In this document: piece by piece, positions 1 through 12,079 of the stretch
Layout of the letters: every line of letters starts with the position of its first letter
How positions within the stretch are numbered: position 1 is the first letter of the stretch
Origin: Atlantibacter sp.
Lineage (GTDB): Bacteria; Pseudomonadota; Gammaproteobacteria; Enterobacterales; Enterobacteriaceae
NCBI RefSeq assembly: GCF_032075065.1
Contig: NZ_DAMAZC010000017.1
Coordinates: 5,580-37,579, forward strand
DNA: 32,000 nt
Direction of reading: 5' to 3'
Translations under genes and position numbers: made by a program
The notes under the pieces: model-generated
The model's input: only the letters and a program-made list of their open reading frames with translations
The model's database searches: none
Told to the model about the DNA's origin: nothing

Positions 1-41
1 CACCGTCCCATTTAACAGACACAGATGGGAGTAACTAAAGC

Positions 42-1892
42 ATGCCTAAGTACCGTTCCGCCACCACCACCCATGGCCGCAATATGGCGGGTGCCCGCGC
101 ATTATGGCGCGCCACCGGCATGACCGATGCTGACTTCGGTAAGCCAATTATCGCGGTGGTGAACTCTTTTACCCAGTTCGTGCCGGGCCACGTGCACCTG
201 CGCGATTTGGGCAAACTGGTTGCCGAGCAAATTGAAGCCGCAGGCGGCGTAGCAAAAGAGTTTAATACCATTGCCGTGGATGATGGCATCGCCATGGGCC
301 ACGGTGGCATGCTTTATTCACTGCCGTCCCGCGAACTGATTGCCGACTCGGTGGAGTACATGGTGAATGCTCACTGCGCCGATGCGATGGTGTGCATTTC
401 CAACTGCGATAAAATCACCCCAGGAATGCTGATGGCCTCGCTGCGCCTTAATATCCCGGTGATCTTCGTCTCCGGCGGGCCGATGGAAGCGGGCAAAACC
501 AAGCTCTCCGACAAAATCATCAAGCTGGATCTGGTCGATGCCATGATCCAGGGCGCAGACCCGAAAGTCAGCAACGAACAGAGCGAGCAGGTTGAGCGCT
601 CGGCGTGCCCGACCTGCGGCTCCTGTTCCGGTATGTTCACCGCTAACTCGATGAACTGCCTGACCGAGGCGCTGGGCCTGTCGCAGCCGGGCAACGGCTC
701 GCTGCTGGCGACCCACTCCGATCGTAAAGCGCTGTTCCTGAGCGCAGGTACACGCATCGTTGAATTAACTAAACGCTATTACGAGCAGGACGATGCCCGC
801 GCGCTGCCGCGTAACATCGCCAACAAAGCCGCGTTTGAAAACGCCATGACGCTGGATATCGCCATGGGCGGCTCTACCAACACGGTACTGCACCTGCTGG
901 CAGCGGCGCAGGAAGCCGAAATTGATTTCACCATGAGCGATATCGATAAGCTGTCGCGCAAAGTGCCCCAGCTGTGTAAGGTCGCGCCGAGCACCCAGAA
1001 ATACCATATGGAAGACGTGCACCGTGCGGGTGGCGTTCTGGGGATCCTGGGCGAACTCGACCGCGCTGGCCTGTTGAATCGCGATGTATTTAACGTGCTG
1101 GGGCTGACCCTGCCGGAAACGCTCGATCGCTACGACATCATGCTGACCAAAGATGATGCGGTGAAAAGTATGTTCTCCGCCGGTCCGGCAGGCATCCGCA
1201 CTACTCAGGCGTTTTCCCAGTCCTGCCGTTGGGATTCACTGGATACCGACCGTCAGGACGGCTGTATCCGATCGCTGGAGCATGCCTATAGCCAGGACGG
1301 CGGTCTGGCGGTGCTGTACGGCAACTTTGCTGAAAACGGCTGCATCGTGAAAACCGCAGGCGTGGACGACAGTATTCTCAAATTCACCGGCCCGGCAAAA
1401 GTTTACGAAAGCCAGGATGACGCGGTAGAAGCGATCCTCGGTGGCAAAGTAGTAGCGGGCGACGTGGTTGTTATCCGCTATGAAGGGCCGAAAGGCGGGC
1501 CGGGTATGCAGGAAATGCTCTATCCGACCACCTTCCTGAAATCCATGGGCCTCGGTAAAGCCTGTGCGCTGATCACCGATGGACGTTTCTCGGGCGGGAC
1601 GTCCGGCCTGTCTATCGGCCACGTTTCCCCGGAAGCGGCCAGCGGCGGCGCGATTGGCCTGATTGAAGACGGCGATTTGATCGCCATCGACATCCCGAAT
1701 CGCGATATCCAGTTGCAGGTCAGCGACCGCGATCTGGCTGCCCGCCGTGAAGCTCAGGAAGCACGCGGCGAGCAGGCCTGGACGCCGCGTAACCGCGAGC
1801 GTCAGGTTTCCTTCGCCCTGCGTGCCTACGCAAGCCTGGCCACCAGCGCGGATAAAGGCGCGGTGCGCGATAAATCAAAACTCGGGGGTTAA
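42..1892 (+). CDS. ilvD: Dihydroxy-acid dehydratase
   Basis: This is a 616-aa ORF. The N-terminus [26 protein letters not shown] and the [18 protein letters not shown] Fe-S region match enterobacterial IlvD as I recall it. A GGGAG Shine-Dalgarno lies at 27-31. ilvA follows 2 nt downstream, as in ilvGMEDA. Confidence 0.97.
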   Translation: MPKYRSATTTHGRNMAGARALWRATGMTDADFGKPIIAVVNSFTQFVPGHVHLRDLGKLVAEQIEAAGGVAKEFNTIAVDDGIAMGHGGMLYSLPSRELIADSVEYMVNAHCADAMVCISNCDKITPGMLMASLRLNIPVIFVSGGPMEAGKTKLSDKIIKLDLVDAMIQGADPKVSNEQSEQVERSACPTCGSCSGMFTANSMNCLTEALGLSQPGNGSLLATHSDRKALFLSAGTRIVELTKRYYEQDDARALPRNIANKAAFENAMTLDIAMGGSTNTVLHLLAAAQEAEIDFTMSDIDKLSRKVPQLCKVAPSTQKYHMEDVHRAGGVLGILGELDRAGLLNRDVFNVLGLTLPETLDRYDIMLTKDDAVKSMFSAGPAGIRTTQAFSQSCRWDSLDTDRQDGCIRSLEHAYSQDGGLAVLYGNFAENGCIVKTAGVDDSILKFTGPAKVYESQDDAVEAILGGKVVAGDVVVIRYEGPKGGPGMQEMLYPTTFLKSMGLGKACALITDGRFSGGTSGLSIGHVSPEAASGGAIGLIEDGDLIAIDIPNRDIQLQVSDRDLAARREAQEARGEQAWTPRNRERQVSFALRAYASLATSADKGAVRDKSKLGG

Positions 1893-1894
1893 TC

Positions 1895-3439
1895 ATGGCC
1901 GACGTCCAACCCCTACCAGCCGCCCCTTGCGGGGCGGAGTATCTACGCGCGGTGCTGCGCTCGCCGGTTTATGAAGTGGCGCAGGTTACCCCGCTGCAAA
2001 AGATGGAAAAACTGTCATCCCGGCTGGGCAACGTGATTCTGGTGAAGCGGGAAGACCGCCAGCCGGTTCACAGCTTTAAGCTGCGCGGTGCGTACGCCAT
2101 GATGGCGAATCTTACCGACGAACAGAAATCTCGCGGCGTGGTGACGGCATCTGCCGGCAACCATGCCCAGGGCGTCGCGCTCTCCTCGTCGCGTCTGGGG
2201 TTGAAGTCGCTGATTGTGATGCCGGTGAGCACTGCGGATATAAAAGTGGATGCGGTGCGCGGTTTCGGCGGCGAAGTGCTGCTGCACGGCGCGAATTTCG
2301 ACGAAGCCAAAGCCAAAGCGATTGAGCTGTCTACCCAGCAGGGCTTCACCTATGTGCCGCCATTCGACCATCCGGCAGTGATTGCCGGACAGGGCACGCT
2401 GGCGCTGGAGCTGCTTCAGCAGGACGCGCATATCGACCGGGTATTCGTTCCGGTGGGCGGCGGCGGCCTGGCGGCGGGCGTGGCGGTGTTAATCAAACAG
2501 TTGATGCCGCAGATCAAAGTGATTGCCGTAGAAGCCGAAGATTCGGCCTGCCTGAAAGCAGCGCTGGATGCCGGTAAGCCGGTAGATTTACCGCGCGTTG
2601 GGCTGTTCGCCGAAGGCGTGGCGGTTAAGCGCATCGGCGATGAAACCTTCCGTGTCTGCCAGGAGTATCTGGATGACATCGTGACGGTAGACAGCGACGC
2701 GATCTGCGCGGCGATGAAAGACCTGTTTGAGGACGTGCGCGCCGTGGCGGAGCCGTCTGGCGCGCTGGCATTGGCGGGCATGAAAAAGTATATCCAACAG
2801 CACAATATCCACGGCGAGCGTCTGGCGCACGTGCTGTCTGGCGCAAACGTCAATTTCCACGGGCTGCGCTATGTTTCCGAACGCTGTGAACTGGGCGAAC
2901 AACGCGAAGCGCTGCTGGCGGTGACGATTCCGGAAGAGAAAGGCAGCTTCCTGAAATTCTGCCAACTGCTGGGTGGCCGTTCGGTGACGGAATTCAACTA
3001 CCGTTTCGCGGATGCCAGAGACGCTTGCATTTTCGTGGGCGTGCGGCTGAGCCGTGGAATGGAAGAGCGCAAAGAGATCCTCAGCATGCTTGCCGATGGC
3101 GGCTACGCCGTCGTGGATCTGTCTGACGATGAAATGGCGAAACTGCACGTGCGCTACATGGTCGGCGGGCGGCCATCGCGCCCGCTCCACGAGCGGCTGT
3201 ACAGTTTCGAATTCCCCGAATCGCCGGGCGCGCTGCTAAAGTTCTTACAGACTCTCGGCACTCACTGGAATATTTCACTGTTCCACTACCGCAGCCACGG
3301 CACCGACTATGGCCGCGTGCTGGCCGCGTTTGAGCTGGGCGATCATGAGCCGGATTTCGAAACCCGGCTCAATGAACTGGGTTATGACTGCCACGATGAG
3401 TCAAACAACCCGGCGTTCCGCTTCTTCCTGGCAGGTTAG
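1895..3439 (+). CDS. ilvA: Biosynthetic threonine deaminase (threonine ammonia-lyase)
   Basis: This is a 514-aa ORF with the PLP-lysine context HSFKLRGA and the GGGGL glycine loop, plus a C-terminal regulatory domain of the expected length. It sits directly after ilvD. Confidence 0.96.
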   Translation: MADVQPLPAAPCGAEYLRAVLRSPVYEVAQVTPLQKMEKLSSRLGNVILVKREDRQPVHSFKLRGAYAMMANLTDEQKSRGVVTASAGNHAQGVALSSSRLGLKSLIVMPVSTADIKVDAVRGFGGEVLLHGANFDEAKAKAIELSTQQGFTYVPPFDHPAVIAGQGTLALELLQQDAHIDRVFVPVGGGGLAAGVAVLIKQLMPQIKVIAVEAEDSACLKAALDAGKPVDLPRVGLFAEGVAVKRIGDETFRVCQEYLDDIVTVDSDAICAAMKDLFEDVRAVAEPSGALALAGMKKYIQQHNIHGERLAHVLSGANVNFHGLRYVSERCELGEQREALLAVTIPEEKGSFLKFCQLLGGRSVTEFNYRFADARDACIFVGVRLSRGMEERKEILSMLADGGYAVVDLSDDEMAKLHVRYMVGGRPSRPLHERLYSFEFPESPGALLKFLQTLGTHWNISLFHYRSHGTDYGRVLAAFELGDHEPDFETRLNELGYDCHDESNNPAFRFFLAG

Positions 3440-4326
3440 TGGTTGGGCAGTAGCGTCCAGAACGCATCAATAAGCGGCTCATGCAGCCGCTTTTTTTGTG
3501 CGCATACACCAAGCTCAAACGGCGTTTTTTCATCGCTGCGCTCTAAAATCATCACGCGGTTACGCACCGGTTCCGGGCTGTTTTCCAGCACCACTTCCGG
3601 CAGCAGGGCTACGCCGCAGCCGAGCGCCACCATCGACACCATCGCTTCATGCCCGCCGACGGTGGCATAAATCGACGGATTGCTGATTTTCTGACGGCGG
3701 AACCAGAGTTCGATGCGGCGGCGCACCGGCCCCTGATCGGCCATGATAAACGGCACCGTCGACCAGTCGGGGTCATCTACCGATACCTGATTGCGCACCG
3801 GGCAGGGCAACGCCGGGGCAATCAGCACCACCGCCAGATTTTCCAGCATCGAGAACGCCACCGCGCCGGGCAGGGTTTCCGGCTTGCCGGCAATCGCCAG
3901 GTCCGCTTCGCCGGTGACCACTTTTTCCATCGCGTCGGCGGCATCGCCGGTGGTGAGCTTAATTTCTACCGACGGATGTTCGGCGCGAAAGCGGTCAAGG
4001 ATCGGCGGCAGATGGCTATACGCGGCGGTGACCGAGCAGAAGATATGCAGCTCGCCGGAGAGCGATGGTCCCTGCTGATCGATAGTGTGGCGCAGTTGCT
4101 GGTACTGCAACAGCGTTTGTTGGGCGAAGACCCGCAACGACTCACCGGCTTCGGTTAACGTCACCGTGCGGTTATCGCGTACAAACAGCGCCTGGCCGAG
4201 ATCCTCTTCCAGACGTTGGATCTGCCGGGAGAGCGTGGAAGGGCTGACGTGCATCGCCCGCGCGCTGCGGCCAAAATGGCGGCTTTCCGCCAGATGCAGG
4301 AAGGTTTTCAGATCGCGTAAATCCAC
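3436..4326 (-). CDS. ilvY: LysR-family transcriptional activator of ilvC
   Basis: The ORF track extends this to 4455 (339 aa). Homology to E. coli IlvY (MDLRDLKTFLHLAESRHFGRSARAMHVSPSTLSRQIQRLEEDLGQ...) begins at the GTG at 4326 (VDLRDLKTF...), which gives 296 aa. It is divergent from ilvC. Its stop overlaps the ilvA stop tail-to-tail. Confidence 0.93.
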   Translation of the reverse strand: MDLRDLKTFLHLAESRHFGRSARAMHVSPSTLSRQIQRLEEDLGQALFVRDNRTVTLTEAGESLRVFAQQTLLQYQQLRHTIDQQGPSLSGELHIFCSVTAAYSHLPPILDRFRAEHPSVEIKLTTGDAADAMEKVVTGEADLAIAGKPETLPGAVAFSMLENLAVVLIAPALPCPVRNQVSVDDPDWSTVPFIMADQGPVRRRIELWFRRQKISNPSIYATVGGHEAMVSMVALGCGVALLPEVVLENSPEPVRNRVMILERSDEKTPFELGVCAQKKRLHEPLIDAFWTLLPNH

Positions 4327-4348
4327 AGGCGGCGCTCCCGGTTTGACG

Positions 4349-4397
4349 TTGCAGAAATTGCAATGTGACGTTGTGAATATATCAATTTCCGCAATAA
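4349..4397. promoter_or_regulatory. ilvY-ilvC divergent control region with tandem IlvY operator-like dyads
   Basis: A perfect dyad TTGCA-GAAAT-TGCAA lies at 4349-4363. A second, imperfect copy (ATCAATTTCCGCAAT, reverse TTGCGGAAATTGAT) lies at about 4381-4395. This is the LysR-type T-N11-A architecture, placed between the divergent ilvY and ilvC starts as in E. coli O1/O2. Confidence 0.65.
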
Positions 4398-4477
4398 ATT
4401 TCCTGTTGTAATGTGGGTACATTCTCGCTGAAAAGCGAACCGAACAATAAGACACACAACATCACGAGGTATCACCC

Positions 4478-5953
4478 ATGGCTAACTACTTTAATACACT
4501 GAACTTGCGCCAGCAGTTGGCGCAGTTGGGCAAATGCCGCTTCATGGCGCGCGATGAATTTGCTGATGGCGCGAGCTACCTTCAGGGTAAAAAAGTGGTC
4601 ATCGTCGGCTGTGGCGCACAGGGTCTGAACCAGGGCCTGAACATGCGTGACTCCGGTCTGGATATCTCCTACGCCCTGCGTAAAGAAGCCATTGCTGAGA
4701 AGCGCGCTTCATGGCGTAAAGCTACCGAAAACGGCTTCAAAGTAGGCACCTACGAAGAGCTGATCCCGCAGGCGGATCTGGTGGTTAACCTGACGCCAGA
4801 CAAACAGCACTCTGACGTTGTACGTTCCGTACAGCCGCTGATGAAAGATGGTGCAGCGCTGGGCTACTCTCACGGCTTCAACATCGTTGAAGTGGGCGAG
4901 CAGATCCGTAAAGACATCACCGTAGTGATGGTAGCGCCTAAGTGTCCAGGTACTGAAGTGCGTGAAGAGTACAAACGTGGTTTCGGTGTACCAACGCTGA
5001 TCGCGGTTCACCCGGAAAACGATCCGAAAGGCGAAGGCATGGCGATTGCCAAAGCATGGGCAGCGGCCACCGGTGGCCACCGTGCGGGCGTTCTGGAATC
5101 TTCTTTCGTTGCGGAAGTAAAATCTGACCTGATGGGCGAGCAGACCATTCTGTGCGGTATGCTGCAGGCCGGTTCTCTGCTGTGCTTCGACAAGCTGGTA
5201 GAAGAAGGCACCGACCCGGCATACGCTGAGAAACTGATTCAGTTCGGCTGGGAAACCATCACCGAAGCGCTGAAGCAGGGCGGTATCACCCTGATGATGG
5301 ATCGCCTCTCTAACCCGGCAAAACTGCGTGCATTCGCGCTGTCTGAGCAGCTGAAAACCATCATGGCACCGCTGTTCCAGAAACACATGGACGACATCAT
5401 CTCCGGTGAGTTCTCTTCCGGCATGATGGCTGACTGGGCGAACGACGACAAAAACCTGCTGACCTGGCGTGAAGAGACCGGCAAAACCGCGTTCGAAACC
5501 GCTGCGCAGTTCGACGGAAAAATCAGCGAGCAGGAGTACTTCGATAAAGGCGTACTGATGATTGCGATGGTGAAAGCAGGCGTTGAGCTGGCCTTCGAAA
5601 CCATGGTTGATTCCGGCATCATCGAAGAGTCTGCTTACTACGAATCACTGCACGAGCTGCCGCTGATCGCGAACACCATCGCCCGTAAGCGTCTGTATGA
5701 AATGAACGTGGTAATCTCCGATACCGCCGAGTACGGTAACTACCTGTTCTCTTACGCCTGCGTGCCGTTGCTGAAAGAATTTATGACCACGCTGCAGCCG
5801 GGTGACCTGGGCAAAGCGGTAGAAGGCAGCGCAGTGGATAACGCGCAGTTGCGTGACGTGAACGACGCGATCCGCAGCCATGCGATTGAAGCGGTAGGCC
5901 AGAAACTGCGCGGGTATATGACGGATATGAAACGCATCGCCGTTGCCGGCTAA
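4478..5953 (+). CDS. ilvC: Ketol-acid reductoisomerase (NADP+)
   Basis: This is a 491-aa ORF. The N-terminus [23 protein letters not shown] and the [17 protein letters not shown] Rossmann motif match E. coli IlvC. An AGG-containing SD (ACGAGGT) lies upstream. Confidence 0.97.
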   Translation: MANYFNTLNLRQQLAQLGKCRFMARDEFADGASYLQGKKVVIVGCGAQGLNQGLNMRDSGLDISYALRKEAIAEKRASWRKATENGFKVGTYEELIPQADLVVNLTPDKQHSDVVRSVQPLMKDGAALGYSHGFNIVEVGEQIRKDITVVMVAPKCPGTEVREEYKRGFGVPTLIAVHPENDPKGEGMAIAKAWAAATGGHRAGVLESSFVAEVKSDLMGEQTILCGMLQAGSLLCFDKLVEEGTDPAYAEKLIQFGWETITEALKQGGITLMMDRLSNPAKLRAFALSEQLKTIMAPLFQKHMDDIISGEFSSGMMADWANDDKNLLTWREETGKTAFETAAQFDGKISEQEYFDKGVLMIAMVKAGVELAFETMVDSGIIEESAYYESLHELPLIANTIARKRLYEMNVVISDTAEYGNYLFSYACVPLLKEFMTTLQPGDLGKAVEGSAVDNAQLRDVNDAIRSHAIEAVGQKLRGYMTDMKRIAVAG

Positions 5954-5973
5954 TTTCCAAAACAACAAAAAAG

Positions 5974-6001
5974 CCCGGTGAAATTTCCACCGGGTTTTTT
6001 T
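5974..6001. terminator. Bidirectional intrinsic terminator between convergent ilvC and ppiC
   Basis: The stem is CCCGGTG (5974-5980) paired with CACCGGG (5988-5994), with a 7-nt loop. It is preceded by an A-run (AAAAAA) and followed by TTTTTTT (5995-6001), so it can terminate in both directions. Confidence 0.8.
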
Positions 6002-6002
6002 A

Positions 6003-6293
<291 letters not shown>

Positions 6294-6331
6294 TTAAGTC
6301 ATAGGGATTACGGCGGCTATAGTAGCGATCC

Positions 6332-6613
6332 TTAATGGCGATACAACACCTTAATGATGTGATAGCCGAATTTTGTTTTCACCGGCCCGAACGGTTTTAA
6401 CAGCGGGCAGCTGAACACCGCCTGGTCGAAGGGGGCGACCATCGCGCCTTTGCTGAACTCGCCCAGATTACCGCCGTTGCGCCCGGATGGGCAGCTGGAG
6501 TAGCGTTTTGCCAGGGTATCAAAACTGACGCCGCGCTCGAGTTTTTGCATGATCTCCAGCGCCAGCTTTTCGGTTTTGACGAGGATATGCAGCGCCGCTG
6601 CGGTTCTTGCCAT
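6332..6613 (-). CDS. Second parvulin-type PPIase, a tandem PpiC paralog
   Basis: The ORF track starts at 6634 (100 aa). The ATG at 6613 is preceded by GGAG (reverse strand GGAGATTAATTATG) and gives 93 aa ([22 protein letters not shown]...[12 protein letters not shown]), the same length as PpiC. By my hand alignment 59 of 93 positions are identical with no gaps. The conserved His, Cys and His positions are retained. Confidence 0.85.
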   Translation of the reverse strand: MARTAAALHILVKTEKLALEIMQKLERGVSFDTLAKRYSSCPSGRNGGNLGEFSKGAMVAPFDQAVFSCPLLKPFGPVKTKFGYHIIKVLYRH

Positions 6614-6674
6614 AATTAATCTCCGGGAAGTCATTCGCTTGTCTTCACTTTACCATTCCCTGACTGGATTGCCG

Positions 6675-6703
6675 TTAATTCCTCGTTCCGCTTTTGCTAC
6701 AAT
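6675..6703 (+). promoter_or_regulatory. Candidate sigma-70 promoter for rep (extended -10)
   Basis: TGcTACAAT (TG at 6695-6696, -10 TACAAT at 6698-6703) has a weak -35 TTAATT at 6675-6680 with a 17-bp spacer. It lies about 30 nt upstream of the rep ATG. This is a sequence-only prediction. Confidence 0.35.
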
Positions 6704-6734
6704 CCCTCCCCCGTTCGAAGATTGAGCAACCATC

Positions 6735-8765
6735 ATGCGTTTAAATCCCGGTCAACAACACGCTGTCGAATTCGTCACCGGCCCCTGCCTGGTGCTGGCG
6801 GGCGCTGGCTCCGGAAAGACACGCGTGATCACCAATAAGATCGCCCACCTGATCCGCGGCTGCGGCTATCAGGCCAAACATATCGCGGCAGTGACCTTTA
6901 CCAACAAGGCGGCGCGCGAAATGAAAGAGCGCGTGGCGCAAACCCTGGGGCGCAAAGAGGCGCGCGGCCTGATGATCTCCACTTTCCATACCCTGGGCCT
7001 TGAGATCATTAAACGCGAATACAAAGCCCTGGGCATGAAGGCCAACTTCTCGCTGTTCGACGATACCGACCAGCTGGCGCTGATCAAGGAACTCACCGAC
7101 GGGCTGGTGGAGAACGATAAAGCGCTGTACCAGCAGCTGCTGTCTACCATTTCGAACTGGAAAAACGATCTGCTTAACCCGGCCCAGGCGGCGGCGCAGG
7201 CCAAAGGCGAACGCGACCGCATTTTTGCCCATTGCTATAGCCTGTATGATGCTCATCTCAAAGCCTGTAACGTGCTCGATTTTGACGATCTGATCCTGCT
7301 GCCGACTCTGCTTTTACAGCGTAATGAAGAAGTGCGCGAACGCTGGCAGAACCGCATCCGCTATTTGCTGGTGGATGAGTATCAGGATACCAACACCAGC
7401 CAGTATGAAATGGTGAAGCTGCTGGTGGGCGCGCGGGCGCGGTTTACCGTGGTTGGCGATGACGATCAGTCCATCTACTCCTGGCGCGGCGCGCGTCCGC
7501 AGAACCTGGTGCTGCTTAGCAAAGATTTCCCGGCGCTACAGGTGATTAAGCTGGAACAAAACTACCGCTCATCCGGGCGCATCCTGAAAGCGGCGAATAT
7601 CCTGATCGCCAATAACCCGCACGTGTTTGAGAAAAAGCTGTTTTCTGAACTCGGTTACGGGGCTGAATTAAAAGTGCTGTCGGCCAATCATGAAGAGCAT
7701 GAAGCGGAGCGGGTGGCGGGTGAGCTTATCGCCCATCACTTCATCAATAAAACCCAGTACAAGGATTATGCGATCCTTTACCGCGGCAACCACCAGTCGC
7801 GGGTGTTTGAAAAACTGCTGATGCAAAACCGCATTCCATATCGCATCTCCGGCGGCACCTCGTTTTTCTCACGTCCGGAAATTAAGGACCTGTTAGCCTA
7901 TTTGCGAATACTCACTAACCCGGACGACGACAGCGCGTTTATGCGTATTGTGAATACGCCGCGCCGGGAAATCGGCCCTGCCACGCTGCAAAAACTGGGC
8001 GAATGGGCCAATCAGCGCAATAAGAGTCTGTTCACCGCCAGTTTCGATATGGGGTTGAGCCAGACGCTGACCGGGCGCGGTTATGAATCCTTAACCCGCT
8101 TCACCCACTGGCTGGGCGAGGTGGCTCGCCTGGCGGAGCGCGAGCCGGTGGCGGCGGTGCGCGATCTGATCCACGGGATTGATTACGAATCCTGGCTATA
8201 CGAAACCTCGCCCAGCCAGAAAGCCGCCGAAATGCGCATGAAGAACGTTAACCAGCTGTTTAGCTGGATGACGGAAATGCTGGAGGGCTCGGAGCTTGAG
8301 GAGCCGATGACGCTGACTCAGGTGGTTACCCGTTTCACCCTGCGCGACATGATGGAACGTGGCGAAAGCGAAGAGGATCTCGATCAGGTCCAGTTGATGA
8401 CGCTGCACGCCTCCAAAGGTCTGGAATTCCCGTATGTCTTTTTAGTGGGCATGGAAGAGGGACTGTTGCCGCATCAGAGCAGTATTGATGAAGACAACGT
8501 GGATGAGGAGCGCCGTCTCGCTTATGTCGGCATCACCCGCGCCCAGAAAGAACTGACGTTTACGCTGTGCAAAGAGCGCCGTCAGTACGGGGAGCTGGTG
8601 CGCCCGGAACCGAGTCGCTTTCTGCTGGAGCTGCCGCAGGATGACGTGCTGTGGGAGCAGGAGCGTAAAGTGGTATCACCTCAGGAGCGGATGCAAAAGG
8701 GGCAAGGTCATCTGGCGAATCTGAAGGCGATGATGGCGAAAGCGCGCGGCGAGAAAAACGCATAA
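6735..8765 (+). CDS. rep: ATP-dependent DNA helicase Rep (SF1)
   Basis: This is a 676-aa [43 protein letters not shown] (Walker A), VDEYQDTN and the remaining UvrD/Rep motifs are collinear with E. coli Rep. Confidence 0.97.
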   Translation: MRLNPGQQHAVEFVTGPCLVLAGAGSGKTRVITNKIAHLIRGCGYQAKHIAAVTFTNKAAREMKERVAQTLGRKEARGLMISTFHTLGLEIIKREYKALGMKANFSLFDDTDQLALIKELTDGLVENDKALYQQLLSTISNWKNDLLNPAQAAAQAKGERDRIFAHCYSLYDAHLKACNVLDFDDLILLPTLLLQRNEEVRERWQNRIRYLLVDEYQDTNTSQYEMVKLLVGARARFTVVGDDDQSIYSWRGARPQNLVLLSKDFPALQVIKLEQNYRSSGRILKAANILIANNPHVFEKKLFSELGYGAELKVLSANHEEHEAERVAGELIAHHFINKTQYKDYAILYRGNHQSRVFEKLLMQNRIPYRISGGTSFFSRPEIKDLLAYLRILTNPDDDSAFMRIVNTPRREIGPATLQKLGEWANQRNKSLFTASFDMGLSQTLTGRGYESLTRFTHWLGEVARLAEREPVAAVRDLIHGIDYESWLYETSPSQKAAEMRMKNVNQLFSWMTEMLEGSELEEPMTLTQVVTRFTLRDMMERGESEEDLDQVQLMTLHASKGLEFPYVFLVGMEEGLLPHQSSIDEDNVDEERRLAYVGITRAQKELTFTLCKERRQYGELVRPEPSRFLLELPQDDVLWEQERKVVSPQERMQKGQGHLANLKAMMAKARGEKNA

Positions 8766-8784
8766 GCGCCCGGCAAAGGGCGCT
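8765..8784. terminator. Hairpin between convergent rep and gppA (possible terminator)
   Basis: AGCGCCC (8765-8771) pairs with GGGCGCT (8778-8784) around a 6-nt loop. There is no clear U-tract on either side, so function is uncertain. Confidence 0.3.
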
Positions 8785-8789
8785 GACGA

Positions 8790-10274
8790 TTAATTGATTT
8801 CTAACGGCCAGTGCACGTAACTCTGCCAGAGCTGTTCCTGCTCCAGCGATTCAGCGGCAAGCGGATGGCTGGCTAACCAGTTTTCCGGCAGGGTCAGGGT
8901 GAGCGTATCGCCCTGGGCGGCCAGATCCACCGTTGGCAATGTATCGTCGCGGCGGCGGCTGGCGAACATAATCGACAGTCGCAGCAGGCGGCACAGTTGC
9001 TCGGCCACGCGCGGCGGCACGGCATTTTGCTGGTGCAACGACGACAGATCCACCGGGCTGGTTTGATTCAACAGCAGCGTGGACAACAGCTTTTTCTGCG
9101 CCGGGGTGAAGCCGGGCAAATCAAGGTTGCTCACCAGCCATGCGGCATGCAGCGGCGCCTGTTTAAAATCAACGCTCAGGCCGATTTCATGCAGTTGCGC
9201 GGCGGCATGCAGCATCGCTTTACTGAGATCGTCCAGTTGCCAGGCATCCGCCGTCTGGGCGATAAACTTTTCAGCCAGATGAGATACGCGCTGTGCCTGT
9301 TCGGTATCCACCAGAAACCGACGCTGAATATTACGCAGCGTGCGGCTGCGAATATCCTGATCCACCGACAGATGCAGCATGCCGTAGACCAGCCCTTCGC
9401 GCAGCGCACCGCCCGCCAGCGTCATGCACTCAATATTCAGCTCTTTAAAAATAGCGATCAGAATGGCGAGGCCGCTGGGAAATACCAGCGCGCGCTCAAG
9501 CGTCAACCCTTCGATTTCCAGCTCTTCCAGACGCCCACAGTGGATGGCGCGCTGTTTCAGCTGTTCGAGCTTGGCAAGCGTAATGCGCTCATCCATGCCC
9601 TGCGCCATCATGATTTCCTGCAATGCCTGAACGGTGCCGGATGCCCCGACGCAGGTTTGCCAGCCGTGTTTTCGCAACTCGCCGATAACCGGTTGTAACA
9701 CTGCGCTGGCGGCCTGCTGGGCGGCCTCGAAATTCTCTTTAGTCAGGCTGCGGTCGGTGAAAAAACGCTCAAGCCAGGTGACGCAACCCATCGACAGGCT
9801 GAACAGCGATGTCGCCTGCGCGCCAGTGCCGGTGACCAGTTCGGTGCTGGCGCCGCCAATATCCACCACCAGCCGGCGATCCGCGCCGCCCGTGGTGTGC
9901 GCCACGCCCTGATAAATCAGCCGCGCTTCTTCTTCGCCGCTGATCACCTGGACCGGGCAGCCTAAAATTTGCTGCGCTTTCTCGATGAATTCGGCGGAGT
10001 TAACCGCGAGACGCAGCGTGGCGGTGGCAACGGCGCGTACCTGAATGGAGGGAATATCCTGTAAACGTTCGGCGAACAGCCGCAGGCATTGCCAGCCGCG
10101 TTCCATGGCATCATGCGAAAGGGTGTTATCACTACTTAAGCCCGCCGCGAGACGGACTTTGCGTTTGATGCGCGTGAGGGTCTGGATACTGCCCGCCACC
10201 TCACGCACTACCAGCATATGAAAACTATTCGAACCGAGATCTATAGCTGCATACAGCGAGGCGGCGGATGGCAT
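8790..10274 (-). CDS. gppA: Guanosine pentaphosphate phosphohydrolase / exopolyphosphatase family
   Basis: This is a 494-aa ORF. ...[41 protein letters not shown]... matches E. coli GppA. It is located immediately downstream of rhlB on the same strand, as in K-12. Confidence 0.96.
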   Translation of the reverse strand: MPSAASLYAAIDLGSNSFHMLVVREVAGSIQTLTRIKRKVRLAAGLSSDNTLSHDAMERGWQCLRLFAERLQDIPSIQVRAVATATLRLAVNSAEFIEKAQQILGCPVQVISGEEEARLIYQGVAHTTGGADRRLVVDIGGASTELVTGTGAQATSLFSLSMGCVTWLERFFTDRSLTKENFEAAQQAASAVLQPVIGELRKHGWQTCVGASGTVQALQEIMMAQGMDERITLAKLEQLKQRAIHCGRLEELEIEGLTLERALVFPSGLAILIAIFKELNIECMTLAGGALREGLVYGMLHLSVDQDIRSRTLRNIQRRFLVDTEQAQRVSHLAEKFIAQTADAWQLDDLSKAMLHAAAQLHEIGLSVDFKQAPLHAAWLVSNLDLPGFTPAQKKLLSTLLLNQTSPVDLSSLHQQNAVPPRVAEQLCRLLRLSIMFASRRRDDTLPTVDLAAQGDTLTLTLPENWLASHPLAAESLEQEQLWQSYVHWPLEIN

Positions 10275-10279
10275 CTGAC

Positions 10280-11548
10280 TTAACCTGTGCGGCGACGGTT
10301 TCGGGGTGCGCCACCGGTGCGACGCGGACCATTGCCGGAGCGAACGCGGGTCAGGCGTTTCGGCGGCGGCAGCTGGTTCAACAGCGCATCAGGGTTGTAT
10401 TTGCTTACCGGAATCGAATGACTGATGTAGCTTTCAATGGCCGGAAGGTTCAACGCATACTCTTCACAGGCCAGACTGATAGAATGCCCGCTGGCGCCTG
10501 CGCGCCCGGTACGGCCAATACGGTGAACGTAATCTTCACAGTCGTCCGGCAGATCGTAGTTGAACACATGGGTTACCGCAGGAATGTGTAAGCCACGCGC
10601 CGCAACATCGGTCGCTACCAGAATATCCAGGTCGCCACGGGTGAATTCTTCAAGAATACGCAGGCGTTTTTTCTGCGCAACGTCGCCGGTTAATAGCCCG
10701 ACGCGATGACCGTCAGCGGCCAGATGACCCCAAATATCTTCACAGCGATGTTTGGTATTGGCGAAAATAATCGCGCGATCTGGCCACTCTTCTTCAATAA
10801 GGGTCTGCAGCAGACGCATCTTTTCTTCGTTGGACGGATAGAAAAGTTCTTCTTTTATGCGGTGGCCGGTTTTCTGTTCCGGTTCGACTTCCACATATTC
10901 CGCGTTGTTCATCTGCTCGAAAGCCAGTTCACGCACGCGATAAGACAGGGTGGCAGAAAACAGCATATTCAGACGCTGGGTCACCGGCGGCATGCGACGG
11001 AACAACCAACGAATGTCCTTAATAAAGCCGAGATCGTACATGCGATCCGCTTCATCAAGCACCACAACCTGGATTGCGCCCAGATTAATGTGGTTTTGCT
11101 TGGCGTAGTCGATTAAACGACCGGTAGTGCCGATCAGAATATCAACGCCGCTTTCCAGTACTTTAAGCTGTTTATCGTAACCGTCGCCGCCGTAGGCCAG
11201 GCCGATTTTCAGGCCGGTGGCTTGGGCAAGCGGTTCTGCATCAGAGTGAATCTGGACGGCGAGTTCACGCGTCGGCGCCATAATAATCGCGCGCGGCTGA
11301 TTCACCTGGCGGTTTTCGATCGCCGGGTTAGAAAGGAGGTAATGAAACGTTGACGTTAAAAACGCCATCGTTTTGCCGGTACCGGTTTGCGCCTGTCCTG
11401 CAACATCACGTCCCGCCAACGTCAGGGGAAGTGCGAGTGCCTGAATCGGGGTGCAATTATGAAAGCCTTTCTTTTCAAGGGCTTCAATCACCGCGGGGTG
11501 CAGGGCGAAGTCGGCAAACTTCTGTTCTGTTAAATGTGTTTTGCTCAT
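10280..11548 (-). CDS. rhlB: ATP-dependent RNA helicase RhlB (DEAD-box, degradosome component)
   Basis: This is a 422-aa ORF. It has [26 protein letters not shown] (Walker A), the DEAD box (VLDEADRM), SAT, and an Arg-rich C-terminal tail. It is divergent from trxA. Confidence 0.96.
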   Translation of the reverse strand: MSKTHLTEQKFADFALHPAVIEALEKKGFHNCTPIQALALPLTLAGRDVAGQAQTGTGKTMAFLTSTFHYLLSNPAIENRQVNQPRAIIMAPTRELAVQIHSDAEPLAQATGLKIGLAYGGDGYDKQLKVLESGVDILIGTTGRLIDYAKQNHINLGAIQVVVLDEADRMYDLGFIKDIRWLFRRMPPVTQRLNMLFSATLSYRVRELAFEQMNNAEYVEVEPEQKTGHRIKEELFYPSNEEKMRLLQTLIEEEWPDRAIIFANTKHRCEDIWGHLAADGHRVGLLTGDVAQKKRLRILEEFTRGDLDILVATDVAARGLHIPAVTHVFNYDLPDDCEDYVHRIGRTGRAGASGHSISLACEEYALNLPAIESYISHSIPVSKYNPDALLNQLPPPKRLTRVRSGNGPRRTGGAPRNRRRTG

Positions 11549-11666
11549 AGTGTGGTAGAATATCAGCTAACTATTGCTTTACGAAAGCGTATCCGGTGAA
11601 ATAAAGTCAACCTAATGTTGGTTAATGCTACACCAACACGCCAGGCCTAATCTTGTGGAGTAAAAC

Positions 11667-11996
11667 ATGAGCGATAAAATTATTCACCTGACCGATGACA
11701 GTTTTGACACGGATGTACTAAAAGCGGACGGGTTGATTCTTGTTGATTTCTGGGCAGAGTGGTGCGGCCCTTGTAAAATGATTGCGCCGATTCTGGATGA
11801 AATCGCTGATGAATATCAGGGCAAATTGACCATTGCCAAGCTGAACATTGACCAAAACCCGGGCACGGCGCCGAAATACGGTATCCGCGGCATCCCTACG
11901 CTGCTGCTGTTCAAAAACGGCGAAGTGGCGGCGACCAAAGTGGGTGCGTTGTCTAAAGGTCAGCTGAAAGAGTTTCTGGACGCTAACCTGGCGTAA
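11667..11996 (+). CDS. trxA: Thioredoxin 1
   Basis: The 109-aa product is [55 protein letters not shown]..., with the WCGPC active site. It is essentially the E. coli TrxA sequence. Confidence 0.98.
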   Translation: MSDKIIHLTDDSFDTDVLKADGLILVDFWAEWCGPCKMIAPILDEIADEYQGKLTIAKLNIDQNPGTAPKYGIRGIPTLLLFKNGEVAATKVGALSKGQLKEFLDANLA

Positions 11997-12079
11997 TCGC
12001 CTCTTAGCCGGCGCGTGCAGGGTCCGAAAAACTTCGGACCGCTGGACGTCCGGCGATAGTCGTGCTAAGTTGTTTAACA

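Noticed and set aside
1-41. The first 41 nt, considered as a possible 3' end of ilvE.
   Set aside because: No reading frame here ends in a sequence resembling the IlvE C-terminus as I recall it. The stretch is most likely ilvE-ilvD intergenic sequence carrying the ilvD RBS.
12021-12040. The hairpin GGTCCGAA-AAAC-TTCGGACC after trxA, considered as an intrinsic terminator or REP element.
   Set aside because: It has a good 8-bp stem but no downstream U-tract, and it does not resemble the REP consensus as I recall it. It may simply be a trxA mRNA 3' stabiliser. The evidence is insufficient to call it.
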